Notes: generated by a model from the sequence alone, not told the origin. 64,000 bases of DNA from Flavobacteriales bacterium (GCA_023382455.1 JAHDVX010000012.1:44519-108518); one strand, 5' to 3'; shown: positions 17,241 to 26,963, numbered from the stretch's first letter. A program made the numbers and translations.

Positions 17241-19592
17241 CTACCGCACCACCATGATGCGCAGCACGCCGCCCGTGGCCGGGGCGCGCAACAGATAGCT
17301 GCCCGCGTCACGCATGCCGAGGTCCAGCGTGGTGTTGCCGTTCACCCGGCCGGTCCAAAGCATCCGGCCCGTGGCGTCGTGCAGCTCCAGGTCCGTGGGC
17401 GTGCTGCAGCGCACCGTGAGCACGCCGTTCGTCGGATTGGGGAAGGCCTCGAAAGCGGCGGGTGTGGCCGCCTCCTGCACGGAGGAAACCAGGTCGTTGT
17501 TGGCGTTAAAGGTGGGCGCCTGCTCCACGAAGGGGCCACTCCCGTTCGGCACGCGCGCGTAGCCCATGTCGGCATTGAGCGCACCGAACTGCACATGGTC
17601 CACCACAGCGCTGTCCGCGTTGACGAGCCACAGCTCCTCGCCGGCCGCGCTGAGCTTGAAGTTGGTGTGGTCCACGCCCTGCGATTGGTCCTCGTCCGCC
17701 CAGAAAATGAGGTAGCCGCCGGCCGGGATGGTGGTACCCTGGGGGATCGGCCACTTGAACAGGTTGGTGCCGTCGTCCGTGAGGAAACCGCCGCCCAGGT
17801 CCATGTCCGCCGCACCGCCGTTGTATAGTTCCAGCCAGTCATCGTACTCGCCGAAATTGTCGGCCACGGTGTTCGTGTTGCTGGCCATCAGCTCGTTGAT
17901 CACCACGGAGGTCGATGCGGTCTCCGCCTGCACGGTGTAGGCGTACACGTCGTGTTCGGCTCCCGGGGGCGCGTAGACCACGGATCGCGCCGCATTGTCG
18001 GCCACGGCCTCCACGTAGTAGCGCACCACCGTGTTGGGCCCGTAGGCGGGCAGCGTGGCGCCAAAGACGCCATCGTCGGCGGCGCCATCGCCGTGCAGGC
18101 CGTCGTCGGCCATGTCCGTCCGGGTGAAGGTGCCGTCGTAGCCCGTGCCGTGGTAAAGGCGCACGGCGAAGATCCCGTTGCTGCTGTTGACCGTGGCGCG
18201 CACTGCGGGCGTCTGCGTGGGCAGCGGCGCCTGCCATGCGGTGCCATCCACCATGTGCTCCACGGCCGTGATCTGGGGTGCCATCTGCGCCACCTCGGCA
18301 TTGCTCAACAGGTAGTTCCTTCGGTTGGAGATGAAGTTCTTCAGAACGTTCACCTCGGAGTTGAAGCTGCTGTAGCTGTACAGCTTCTTGGGGTCGGCCT
18401 GCACCTCGGCATCGATCAGGGCCACGTATCCGTCCACCAAGGCATTGAAGTTCAGGCTCTGCATCTTCTCGCTGATGATGGTGCGCAGGTGTGCCAGGTA
18501 GCGCTGCCGCCAGGCCGGTACCGCCAACAGGCGGTTGAGCAGCGGGTAGTTCGCGTCGTTCTGGTGGTAGAAGGGGCTCCAGTTCACCGCGTTGGATTTC
18601 ATCACGCTGTTGCCGTCGAACTCGTGCGGCACCATGCGGCCCGTCAGCGGCTCCCAGTACAGGTAGTAGTCCATCTTGCCCTTGTGCACGTAGCTGTCGT
18701 CGTCGCTGAAGGCGATCTCCGTGGCCAGGAACCACAGCGTGCGGTCGATGTCCAGGTATTTCGGCAGGCTGTCGGCCAGCTGTGCCTGGGGCAGCCCCTC
18801 CAGCTTTTGGCAGGTGCGCACCAGCGCCTCCCATGGATTGCTGTCCAGGTCCGTTCCTTTGAGGGTGTAGTAGGTCTGGTAGTCGGTGGTGTCCGGCCCC
18901 AGGTCGTTCAGGGCCGCGGTGCCGTCACCCCATTGCCCGCCGGGGCCGGGGCCGCCGCCCGTCTGGCCGTCCGGCCGGTCGGCGCGCCAGCGGTGCCCGT
19001 CATTGCTCAGGAACCATTCCGAGATGAAATCCTTGTTCAGCTGCTGCACATTGGGGTAGAGTCCCCAGCTGGCGCCGTTGATGTTCAGGTGCACGAAGTT
19101 GGCCTTGGCCGCCGGCACATGGTCGCGGATCAGCTCCAGGTACACCACCTCGCGCAGGAAGGACGGGTCCTGGAAGGCGTTGTTCAGGTTCAGGGTCTCG
19201 TAGCCCATCAGCTCCTGGTCCGGGTCCGTGTGGTCCAGCGTGATGTTGAAGGAGGTCTTCTGCGCGCCGTTGGGCAGCATGAAATAGCTGGTCTGCCCCT
19301 TGAAGCGCACGCCCACGCTGTCGTATACCGTGCCGTCCACGGTCAATGTGGCCGGGATGTCCGTCTGGTTCTGGTAGTTCTGCTGCAGCAGCTGCCAATA
19401 GTTGGCCTGGCCGAACTGCAGGTCCAGTGTGCGGATGGTCGGCTTCTCATAGAGCCCCGTGCTGGGCTGGCCCCCCAGCAGAAGCAGGTGCCCATCGGCG
19501 CTGTAGTACTGTTCCGGCGGCATGCTTTGGGCAAAAGCGCCGGTAAGCGGCAAGGAGGCCAGCAACAGGGTGAGGGTGCGATACTGGGGCAT
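17241..19592 (-). CDS. CotH-family (atypical kinase fold) protein with lamin-tail domain and T9SS C-terminal sorting domain
   Basis: Signal MPQYRTLTLLLASLPLTGAFAQ; CotH-like core; LTD segment VINELMASN...DDWLELYN; tail FPNPTNGVLTVRC...GSYLLRAPATGGVLRIMVVR. Confidence 0.75.
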   Translation of the reverse strand: MPQYRTLTLLLASLPLTGAFAQSMPPEQYYSADGHLLLLGGQPSTGLYEKPTIRTLDLQFGQANYWQLLQQNYQNQTDIPATLTVDGTVYDSVGVRFKGQTSYFMLPNGAQKTSFNITLDHTDPDQELMGYETLNLNNAFQDPSFLREVVYLELIRDHVPAAKANFVHLNINGASWGLYPNVQQLNKDFISEWFLSNDGHRWRADRPDGQTGGGPGPGGQWGDGTAALNDLGPDTTDYQTYYTLKGTDLDSNPWEALVRTCQKLEGLPQAQLADSLPKYLDIDRTLWFLATEIAFSDDDSYVHKGKMDYYLYWEPLTGRMVPHEFDGNSVMKSNAVNWSPFYHQNDANYPLLNRLLAVPAWRQRYLAHLRTIISEKMQSLNFNALVDGYVALIDAEVQADPKKLYSYSSFNSEVNVLKNFISNRRNYLLSNAEVAQMAPQITAVEHMVDGTAWQAPLPTQTPAVRATVNSSNGIFAVRLYHGTGYDGTFTRTDMADDGLHGDGAADDGVFGATLPAYGPNTVVRYYVEAVADNAARSVVYAPPGAEHDVYAYTVQAETASTSVVINELMASNTNTVADNFGEYDDWLELYNGGAADMDLGGGFLTDDGTNLFKWPIPQGTTIPAGGYLIFWADEDQSQGVDHTNFKLSAAGEELWLVNADSAVVDHVQFGALNADMGYARVPNGSGPFVEQAPTFNANNDLVSSVQEAATPAAFEAFPNPTNGVLTVRCSTPTDLELHDATGRMLWTGRVNGNTTLDLGMRDAGSYLLRAPATGGVLRIMVVR

Positions 19593-19699
19593 GGTCGGTG
19601 AATTGGAGCCCCGTTGCGGGGATATGCGCTACAGGATCGGACGCCAACTTGCGGCGATGGTTTGATCCGTGCCATGAACCACAACGTTCCCCGTGATCA

Positions 19700-20073
19700 A
19701 TAATGGGACCAGGGTCCCACTCTGGCGCGAGCGTCCTCCGCTCGTGCCTCTCGCCGGCTTGCCTCTACGTCTCATCGCATTCAAACCCCAGTTGCGAATT
19801 GGCACTGCTCCACATATAGGCCGTTTCATCGGTGACCAAGCCTGCGCGTAATGGATGCTCGCGAAGGTAGCGCCTCCGCTGCTCAAGCAGCTCCGTAGAA
19901 TGGCACGAGCGCCCTTTGCCCAATTGCTTCTACGCCTCATCGTATTCAAACCCCGGATGCGGAATGGCACTGCTCCACATATAGGCCGTTTCATCGGTGA
20001 CCAAGCCTGCGCGTAATGGATTCTCGCGAGGGTAGCGTCTCCGCTGCTCAAGCAGCTCCGTTGAATGGCACGT
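19700..20073. repeat. Non-coding element bounded by 14-bp terminal inverted repeats (CTGGCGCGAGCGTC / GACGCTCGCGCCAG) containing two ~160-bp tandem copies (~90% identical)
   Basis: Unit 1 ~19751-19902, unit 2 ~19914-20073. Each has an internal palindrome GCTGCTCAAGCAGC. The only ORF (19629..20051) is just a translation of the repeat. Confidence 0.7.
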
Positions 20074-20344
20074 GCGGAAGACGCTCGCGCCAGTTTTGGG
20101 GCGGACCCATGACCGATGTTATTGAACCACCGGATCCGGAAGTGAGCCCAAGGCTCGCCGACGCCCCCCGGCTATGCATCCGCGCCCTCGTTGCCTTGCG
20201 GTTCCGGCAAGTTCACCACCTTGCATTCGGGGTACATGCCGCCCGGTGCCCCATGAAGCATGGCTCGGTTGTCGTGCACGGCGCCGTGGATCCGGTACAC
20301 CGCGATGCGGCATGCGGGCATTGGCCGTACGCTCCTTGCCGCGA

Positions 20345-21331
20345 CTACGGCGTGAACGTGAAGCTGTAAGAGACCAACGTGCCGGAGATGCTCAGTGTAT
20401 AGAATCCCGGCTGCATGCTCACGGGGTTCACCACGAGGAAGGCTTCGTTCGGATAGCCGCCCACGCCCAAGGTGCCCGTGGCCGGGGAAGGCCCGCTGAG
20501 GGCCCATGGCTGGGTGCTGTGCAGATACCGACCGAAGACCCGGAAGTTGAGCACCTGCCCTCCGCTGTTCATTGCACTGATGCTGAAGGTGTTCCCACCG
20601 CCGAGGAGCTCCATGCCCTGCACCCGCATGTCCGGCGTGGGTGCGAACGCGATCGTGAGCGTGTCCGAGCGCCCGTCGGCATTGGTGGCGCTCAACAAGG
20701 CGCTCTCCACGGTGGCTTCATCCGTACCGCTGGCGAAAATGAGCGGGATACGGAAGCCGATGGTGCAATAGAAGCCCGAGTCCAATGCGAACGGACCGGG
20801 TATGACCTGGCCGTTCAAGCTCATGCTCATGCCGGTCAGCGTGGCACCAGTCAGATTGAACAGCACACTGTCGCCGGCCCGCGCGGGCTGACCGGAGAAT
20901 ATCTGGTCCAGGTTGTCCTCGAGGTGCATCAGGTTGAAGGGCCGTTTCCAGTACATGTACGGCACGGTGTCCGCAGATGTCCCGCTGTTGACGAACACGG
21001 CACTGTAACCACCGGTGAACGGCGCCCACCCGGCGGGAGGCTGCACCACGAGTTGCGTCGTGCTCACGCTCAGCACGTTGAAGGCTTGGTTATTTGAGGT
21101 GACCGTGTTCTGGACGAGGTCGGTGTTGAAAGGGCCTCCGGTGAAGGTGATCACCTCATCGGGATAGGGCTTGAGTGGGCTCCAGCTTGTGATCAGTCCG
21201 TTGCTGCCGGGACCTGGGCCGGTGCCGCCCCCACCCGGGGATGGCCCGTTGTCCGTATCCTTCTTGCACGCTTGATGAAGCAGGACGAGCGCGATGAGCG
21301 CCAACCGGGAGGTCCGTGTGATGAGGTTCAT
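20345..21331 (-). CDS. Hypothetical lipoprotein (signal peptide + Cys; Gly-rich linker)
   Basis: Start at the ATG encoding MNLITRTSRLALIALVLLHQAC, not the upstream Arg-rich extension of the track ORF. Confidence 0.6.
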   Translation of the reverse strand: MNLITRTSRLALIALVLLHQACKKDTDNGPSPGGGGTGPGPGSNGLITSWSPLKPYPDEVITFTGGPFNTDLVQNTVTSNNQAFNVLSVSTTQLVVQPPAGWAPFTGGYSAVFVNSGTSADTVPYMYWKRPFNLMHLEDNLDQIFSGQPARAGDSVLFNLTGATLTGMSMSLNGQVIPGPFALDSGFYCTIGFRIPLIFASGTDEATVESALLSATNADGRSDTLTIAFAPTPDMRVQGMELLGGGNTFSISAMNSGGQVLNFRVFGRYLHSTQPWALSGPSPATGTLGVGGYPNEAFLVVNPVSMQPGFYTLSISGTLVSYSFTFTP

Positions 21332-21902
21332 GGTTCGATCGCCCGTGGTGTGGGCCGTTGTGTGATCGGATGTGGACGGCCGTAGCCCCAGGTGCGCACA
21401 TGCCCGCAACAAGGCGCTGTTGATGGCCGATGATCCGATCCGCGTCCGCATACGAGGGTACTGCCACGGGCAAAACAAGAATGACGGGGCGATACCATGC
21501 CGAACCACCGAGTGAGTGGTCGGTTCACTGAGTGAGCGGTATCTGTTCGGGGCGTGCCGGTGCGGCACGAAGGTTCACGGGGGGGTGGCTCGAAGAACCT
21601 CGCTCCGGTCTCTTGCACCATAGCTCCTTGCTCTGCCGAAGCGGCTACGCAAAGGCGAAGTAAGCGACGGCGCGCGGCGTTCTTGGCAAAAGCGCAAAGC
21701 GGGTCGTTGCTGCCCGAAAAGGCCCTTGCATGGTTCCTCCCCGGTCGGGTACTTCGCTCTAGGTTCCTCTCTTCGGTGCGTCTCGTCCGGACGAAGGATA
21801 GCGGCGCGCGCCATCCATTCGGGGTACCCGGTTGCGCATGGAGCATCCCCAACTGGGCGCTCGCACGGCCCGCGTGCAGGGAAGGGCTGGAGCGGCCCGA
21901 GT

Positions 21903-22637
21903 TCACTTCCGGAACCGCACCGTCACCTTGTTGCCTTTTTCCTCGCGGACCACGTCCAGCTTGTCCTTCAGCGCATTCACCAGGGCTGAGAGCGAGCCGT
22001 GGCCGTAGCTGCGCGGGTCGAAGCCCGGGTTCAGGCGGCGCAGGGCCTGGCCGAGGTTGCTCAGCGAGGCGGTCTCGTCCTCGTCCTTGGCCATGTTGAA
22101 GGCCTTGCGCAGGGTGCGCATCAGGGCCGTGTTGGCCGATAGCGGCTTATCTGCCTGCTTTTTTAGGGGTTTGGCCTCGGCCCGGTGCTCATCGTGATCT
22201 TCCAGGTTCTCCACGTAGATGAAGCGTTCGCAGGCCTGCACAAAGGCATCGGGGGTCTTTTGTTCGCCCACGCCCATCACGTAGAGGCCGGCCTCGCGCA
22301 GGCGGGTGGCCAATCGGGTGTAATCGCTGTCGCTGCTTACGATGCAGAAGGCGTCCACGAGCTCGCCGTGGAGGATGTCCATGGCATCGATGATCAGTGC
22401 GCTGTCGGTGCTGTTCTTGCCCTTGGTGTAGGCGAATTGTTGCACGGGCTGGATGGCGTTGGCGTTCAGCAGCTCCTTCCAGCCCTTCATGCCGGTGTTG
22501 GTCCAGTCGCCGTAGATGCGGCGGATGGTGATGGTGCCCTCCTTGGAGACCTCCTCCAGGATGGGCCCGAGGCGGCGCGGGGCCGCGTTATCGCCGTCAA
22601 TCAGGAGGGCGATGGTGGTGTCGTTGATCTTTTTCAC
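21903..22637 (-). CDS. NYN-domain (LabA-like, PIN-like RNase fold) protein with C-terminal OST-HTH/LOTUS domain
   Basis: (M)KKINDTTIALLIDGDNAAP..IYGDW...CIVSSDSDY NYN motifs; C-terminal ALMRTLRKAF...LSNLGQALRRLNPGFDPRSYGHGSLSALV. Probable GTG start at 22637; track ORF extends to 22667. Confidence 0.7.
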   Translation of the reverse strand: MKKINDTTIALLIDGDNAAPRRLGPILEEVSKEGTITIRRIYGDWTNTGMKGWKELLNANAIQPVQQFAYTKGKNSTDSALIIDAMDILHGELVDAFCIVSSDSDYTRLATRLREAGLYVMGVGEQKTPDAFVQACERFIYVENLEDHDEHRAEAKPLKKQADKPLSANTALMRTLRKAFNMAKDEDETASLSNLGQALRRLNPGFDPRSYGHGSLSALVNALKDKLDVVREEKGNKVTVRFRK

Positions 22638-22663
22638 GCCGTGAAGGTAGCGGCAAGGGCCGC

Positions 22664-25018
22664 TCACGGCGTGGCGGAGAGGCGGACCGTGAGCGGCCCG
22701 CCGGGCAGCATGAGGGTCACTTGGTACAGGCCGGGGGTGACCTTGTGGCTGAACAGGAGCTGTTCGGCCCGGCCGTTCGCCGAATGAAGCGTGGCGCGGT
22801 GAACGGTTCGCCCGAGGGCATCGGTCACCACCAGGGGCCAGTTCCCGTCCGGCAGGCCCGTGGCCCGAAGTTGGGCCTTTCCGCCTGCTGCCGGGTTCGG
22901 TGCCAACGCGAGCGATGCGGTGGCCAAGGGTGTTTCAGCCCAACCGATGGTGCCGTCGAACCGGATCCGGCAAGCGGGCCCGAAAGCGGCCGGCGTACCG
23001 TTCAGCCAAGCGGCGGCCCGCACGTTCAGGGGCAGGAGGGTGGGGGTGCCCGGTGGCATCAGGCCCAGTGGGAATGCGTCGGTGGGCGAGAAGACGGGGC
23101 CGGAGTAGGTTCCGTGGGGATCGAAGAACCAGAGGGTGTAGCCTGTGGCGCCCGGTACCGGGTTGATGTGGAGCGTATCACCGGCATCGAACAATTCCTG
23201 CGTGCAATCCCCAGGGGTGAGAGCGGCTTGGCCCAGGGGGAGGCAGGAACCGTCGGCCCCCTGCAAGGCACTTTCTGCGCCGAAGTCCCCGGATGCCAGG
23301 AGCAATGGCAGGCTGTCGCCCGTGAGCACATAGCCGCCGCCGTCGATGCCGTTGCCGTCCGCATCGGTGACCACCAGGCGGTAGCAGCCGTCGGGCACCT
23401 GCCAGGTATCGGCGATCTCCAGGGAGGCATCCGTGGCGCGGGCCGCCCCGGTGAACAAGGCCCGGTCATCGGCCAGGTCCCTCAGTGCCCAGCCGGTGGC
23501 CGAGGGCTGGTCGTCCAGCTGGATGGACAGTTGGAGCTCGTGCAGCGGCAGGTCGCTGTATTTGGCCAGGTAGGCATCCATTTCGCCATGGTTCACCAGC
23601 AGCAGGGTATCGGGCCCGGGGTCGAGGTCCACATTCTCGGTGAACCACCCGGTGAGGTAGGCGCTGCCCACGGCATCGGTGGTGACGTTGAGCCCGCGGG
23701 TATGGTAGCTGGCGCCCACGGTGAAGCCCCAGATGTGATCACCTTGGGGGCTGTACTTGGCCAGGAAGCCGTCGAATACCCCGTTGGCGGTGGCCAAGGC
23801 GGTGCCGGGCCCGGGGTCGAAATCGATGGTGCCCTTGGTGCGCCCGGCCACCAGGATGTTGCCTTGGTGGTCGGTGGCGGTTCCCCGGGGCATGTTTTCC
23901 TGCGGTCCGCCGATGCCCTTCACCCACAGGAGCGAGCCGGTTGGGCCGTATTTGGCCAGGAAGATGTCGGCATCGCCGGTGGGCCCGGTGCAGACCAGGC
24001 TGTCCAGGTCGGTTCCGGTGCCGAAGTAGGCCACCCGGGTGAACCGGCCCACCACCACCGTGTTGCCCAGGCTGTCCAAGGCGACGCCGCGGCCGCTGTC
24101 CGTGCCGTCGCTGCCCATTCCATCACCCCAAAGGAAATCGCCGGCCGGGCCATAGCAGACCACAAAGGCATCGGACCACTGGCCCGCTGCCGTGGCCAGG
24201 TATTGGCCGGGGCCGGGGTCCAGGTCCATGGTGCCCCCGAAATAGCCGGTGACGATGGCGGTGCCGTCCGGCCGCACGGCGGCATCGTATGCGCGGTCGT
24301 CCCCCGCACCGCCGATGGCATGGGCCCAAAGCAAGGCACCGTCCGAGCCCTGGTATTTGGCCACGAAGGCATCGAAGGAGCCGATGCTGTCCACCGGATG
24401 TACGGCCGGCCCGGGGTCGGCATCGAACGAACCATGGATCTCCCCGGCAATGCAGGGGTTGCCGTCCAGGCCCACGGCCACGCTCCGGGTTTCCTCGTTC
24501 CCTGGCCCGCCGATCACGTCCGCCCAGAGCAGGTTGCCGTCGCGGTCCAAGGCGCACAGGTAAACATCATAGTAGCCGCTACTGGTTCGCTGGTCGGTAC
24601 CGGGGCCGGGGTCCAGGTCCACGGTGCCGGTGAAGATGCCGGTGGTGAACACCGTGCCGTCCGGGCCGACCGCCACGCCGTAGCCTTGACTGGCCATGTT
24701 GCCCGCGAAGGACACGGCATGGAGCAAGCGGCCGTCGTTGGTGTAGCGTGCCACGAATGCATCGCTGTATCCCTGGCTGGTGAGTTCGAAGGTGCCGGGC
24801 CCGGGATCGAAGTCCACGGTCAGTTCAAATTCACCGGTGATCACCACGTGTCCCTCATCAGTCACGGCGATACCGCGGGTCTCCTCGTAGCCGGTGGAGC
24901 CGATGTTGAAGGCCCAGGCCGGAATTTGGGCGGACAGGGTGGGGCAGAGCAGGAGGATCGGCAGCACGCCGGTCAGGGGTCGTGCGGCAATGGTCAGGAA
25001 GGGAATTCCCATGGGCAA
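22664..25018 (-). CDS. SBBP beta-propeller repeat protein with T9SS C-terminal sorting domain
   Basis: Repeated DFDPGPG / DLDPGPG ... DAFVAKY units; signal peptide; tail LAPNPAAGGKAQL...PGLYQVTLMLPGGPLTVRLSATP. Confidence 0.8.
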   Translation of the reverse strand: MPMGIPFLTIAARPLTGVLPILLLCPTLSAQIPAWAFNIGSTGYEETRGIAVTDEGHVVITGEFELTVDFDPGPGTFELTSQGYSDAFVARYTNDGRLLHAVSFAGNMASQGYGVAVGPDGTVFTTGIFTGTVDLDPGPGTDQRTSSGYYDVYLCALDRDGNLLWADVIGGPGNEETRSVAVGLDGNPCIAGEIHGSFDADPGPAVHPVDSIGSFDAFVAKYQGSDGALLWAHAIGGAGDDRAYDAAVRPDGTAIVTGYFGGTMDLDPGPGQYLATAAGQWSDAFVVCYGPAGDFLWGDGMGSDGTDSGRGVALDSLGNTVVVGRFTRVAYFGTGTDLDSLVCTGPTGDADIFLAKYGPTGSLLWVKGIGGPQENMPRGTATDHQGNILVAGRTKGTIDFDPGPGTALATANGVFDGFLAKYSPQGDHIWGFTVGASYHTRGLNVTTDAVGSAYLTGWFTENVDLDPGPDTLLLVNHGEMDAYLAKYSDLPLHELQLSIQLDDQPSATGWALRDLADDRALFTGAARATDASLEIADTWQVPDGCYRLVVTDADGNGIDGGGYVLTGDSLPLLLASGDFGAESALQGADGSCLPLGQAALTPGDCTQELFDAGDTLHINPVPGATGYTLWFFDPHGTYSGPVFSPTDAFPLGLMPPGTPTLLPLNVRAAAWLNGTPAAFGPACRIRFDGTIGWAETPLATASLALAPNPAAGGKAQLRATGLPDGNWPLVVTDALGRTVHRATLHSANGRAEQLLFSHKVTPGLYQVTLMLPGGPLTVRLSATP

Positions 25019-25087
25019 TGCCGCGGCGATGAACAGGCCAGACGGTCCGCAATATTAGCCGTGGTGCTCCTGGGGTAGCCGTGCAGG

Positions 25088-25130
25088 CCCCTCCCGGATG
25101 CGGGAAGGCCCGGCATGGCCGGGCCTTCCT
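25088..25130 (-). terminator. GC-rich perfect hairpin (12-bp arms GGAAGGCCCGGC / GCCGGGCCTTCC) just downstream of the yceI-like gene; no U-tract
   Basis: Inverted repeat read directly from the sequence between 25018 and 25151. Confidence 0.35.
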
Positions 25131-25150
25131 TCAACCACAGGGCCGTTCGC

Positions 25151-25708
25151 TCAGCCCTGCTTCACCAATTGCACTTCGCAGGCGATACGCACCTCGTCGC
25201 TCACCAGCAGGCCGCCCGCTTCCAGGGCCGCGTTCCAGTTGATGCCCCAGTCCTTCCGGTTCACCTTGCCGTGCACGCTGATGCCGGCCTTGGTGTTGCC
25301 GTAGGGATCCTTCATCACGCCGCCCCATTCCACGCTGAGCTCCACCGGCCGGGTCACCCCGTTCATGGTCAGGTCGCCGTAGAGCGTCCAGCTTCCGTCG
25401 TGGTCCACGGGCTTGGCACCGGTCTTCACGAACCGGATGTGCGGGTGCTTTTCACCGCTGAAGAAATCCTGGCTTTTCAGGTGGGCGTCCCGTTGGGCGT
25501 TGTTGGTGGAGATGCTGTCCACCTCGGCGCGGAAGTCCACCTTGGCGGTGCTCAGGTCATCGCCGACCACTTCAATGTCGGCATCGTACTTCTGGAAGCT
25601 TCCGGTGACGGTGGAGATCATCATGTGCTTCACCTTGAACTGGACCTCGCTGTGCATGGGGTCGATGGTCCATTTGACGGGGGCGGTGGTCGTGGTTTCC
25701 ATGGTCAT
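25151..25708 (-). CDS. YceI family protein
   Basis: Full-length YceI-like sequence (WTIDPMHSEVQFKVKHMMISTVTGSF...). Confidence 0.9.
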   Translation of the reverse strand: MTMETTTTAPVKWTIDPMHSEVQFKVKHMMISTVTGSFQKYDADIEVVGDDLSTAKVDFRAEVDSISTNNAQRDAHLKSQDFFSGEKHPHIRFVKTGAKPVDHDGSWTLYGDLTMNGVTRPVELSVEWGGVMKDPYGNTKAGISVHGKVNRKDWGINWNAALEAGGLLVSDEVRIACEVQLVKQG

Positions 25709-25744
25709 ATCGTTTTGGGCTGATGTGGCGTAGGTGCCACGTGG

Positions 25745-25830
25745 TTATCGATTGCGGGTGCAAATATAATTTACATGGAAAATAGCACCACATAAAATAA
25801 TTAACATACTTGTATTCCTTTCGCTTTGGA
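25745..25830. promoter_or_regulatory. AT-rich island in the divergent yceI / exbB intergenic region, probable promoter region
   Basis: tgcaaatataatttacatggaaaatagcaccacataaaataattaacatacttgtattc stands out against the ~68% GC background. Confidence 0.4.
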
Positions 25831-26110
25831 GAGCCGATGGGTGGATGGTATGCACGGGCCGCTGCCTGCCGCTATACGACCGGAAAATCCCCTTGACCGA
25901 CCAATCCTTGTGGCGTGGACAAGGATCGGTGCAGGCCTGCGTTGTCAGACCGGCCGGGCGGCCAAGGGCCATTGGGTGCATGAACACGGGCCCATGCCTG
26001 GAAACCGGAAGAACTTCTCTATGTTTGCGCCCCTCCGGTGCTGATGTATGCGGTACCGGTGAACAACGAACAAGCCATAGACCTGTCCTGAAACACGAAA
26101 CCATCCATCC

Positions 26111-26926
26111 ATGAGCACACGCAAATCCGGAAAGTTGTCCAGTCTGTTCGTGGCCTTGACTTTCCCCCTGGCCCTCGGCGTCAGCATCCTGTTCTACATG
26201 TTCGTGCTGGGCGACCCCTCGAACTTTGAGGGTGGCGACCCCGTGCACGGGCATCCGGTGGCAGAGAACCCGGCGCACACCTTCGGCCTGATCCACAAGG
26301 GCGGGTTTATTGTGCCGATCATCTTCACCATCCTGTTGTTGGTGATCATCTTCTCCATTGAGCGGGGCATTACGCTTTCCCGTGCCACGGGCAAGGGCCG
26401 TATTGACGAATTCCTGCACAACGTGCGCCAGCTGTTGGCCAGCGACCGGGTGGACGAGGCCATGACCGTGTGCGACGAGCAGCAGGGCAGCGTGGCCAAC
26501 GTGATGCGCAACGGCTTGGAGAAGTACAAGACGGTGATGAACGACACTACCTTGGACAAGGAGACGCGCATCAATGTGGTCAAACAGGAGATTGAGGAGG
26601 CCACCGCCTTGGAATTGCCGATGTTGAGCAAGAACTTGGTGATCATCTCCACCTGCGCAAGTGTGAGCACCCTGTTCGGCCTGATCGGAACCGTGCTGGG
26701 GATGATCCGGGCCTTCAGCGCCATGGCCACGGCTGGTGCGCCCGATGCCACCGCGCTCTCCACCGGTATTTCCGAGGCCCTGATCAACACGGCGCTTGGT
26801 GTGGCCGGAGGTGCCATTGCCACCATCATGTTCAACTATTTCAGCAGCAAGGTGGACGGCATTACACACGGTATCGACGAGGCCGGGTTCAGCGTAAGCC
26901 AGACCTTGGCGAACAAGGCCGCCTAG
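26111..26926 (+). CDS. exbB: MotA/TolQ/ExbB proton-channel protein
   Basis: Three TM helices; conserved ExbB C-terminal core (LFGLIGTVLGMIRAF). Confidence 0.9.
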   Translation: MSTRKSGKLSSLFVALTFPLALGVSILFYMFVLGDPSNFEGGDPVHGHPVAENPAHTFGLIHKGGFIVPIIFTILLLVIIFSIERGITLSRATGKGRIDEFLHNVRQLLASDRVDEAMTVCDEQQGSVANVMRNGLEKYKTVMNDTTLDKETRINVVKQEIEEATALELPMLSKNLVIISTCASVSTLFGLIGTVLGMIRAFSAMATAGAPDATALSTGISEALINTALGVAGGAIATIMFNYFSSKVDGITHGIDEAGFSVSQTLANKAA

Positions 26927-26963
26927 GGAGAGGGTTGCACCGGTTGACTAACCTGACACCGAA

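Noticed and set aside
15653-17311. 552-aa minus and 466-aa plus ORFs overlapping the flippase
   Set aside because: Alternative-frame or antisense artefacts of a GC-rich membrane-protein gene.
17952-19601. 549-aa plus ORF
   Set aside because: Antisense of the CotH gene.
19751-19800. tRNA-like T-loop (ttcaaacccc) in the repeat unit
   Set aside because: No acceptor/anticodon stem arrangement consistent with a tRNA on either strand.
19629-20051. 140-aa minus ORF with an internal duplicated peptide
   Set aside because: It is just the translation of the tandemly duplicated non-coding element. Arg-rich, with no start context.
21332-21902. Possible tmRNA / RNase P RNA / SRP RNA
   Set aside because: No GGGGCUGA...UUCGAC 5' end plus CCA-proximal T-arm for tmRNA, no P4 GGAAAGUCCGG for RNase P RNA, and no GGAAGCAGCCAAGGCAG for SRP RNA were found by eye. 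Left as an unexplained leader.
21328-21906. 192-aa minus ORF
   Set aside because: Arg/Pro-rich nonsense; it overlaps the real lipoprotein start and shows no domain signal.
22721-25078. 785-aa plus ORF
   Set aside because: Antisense of the SBBP propeller gene.
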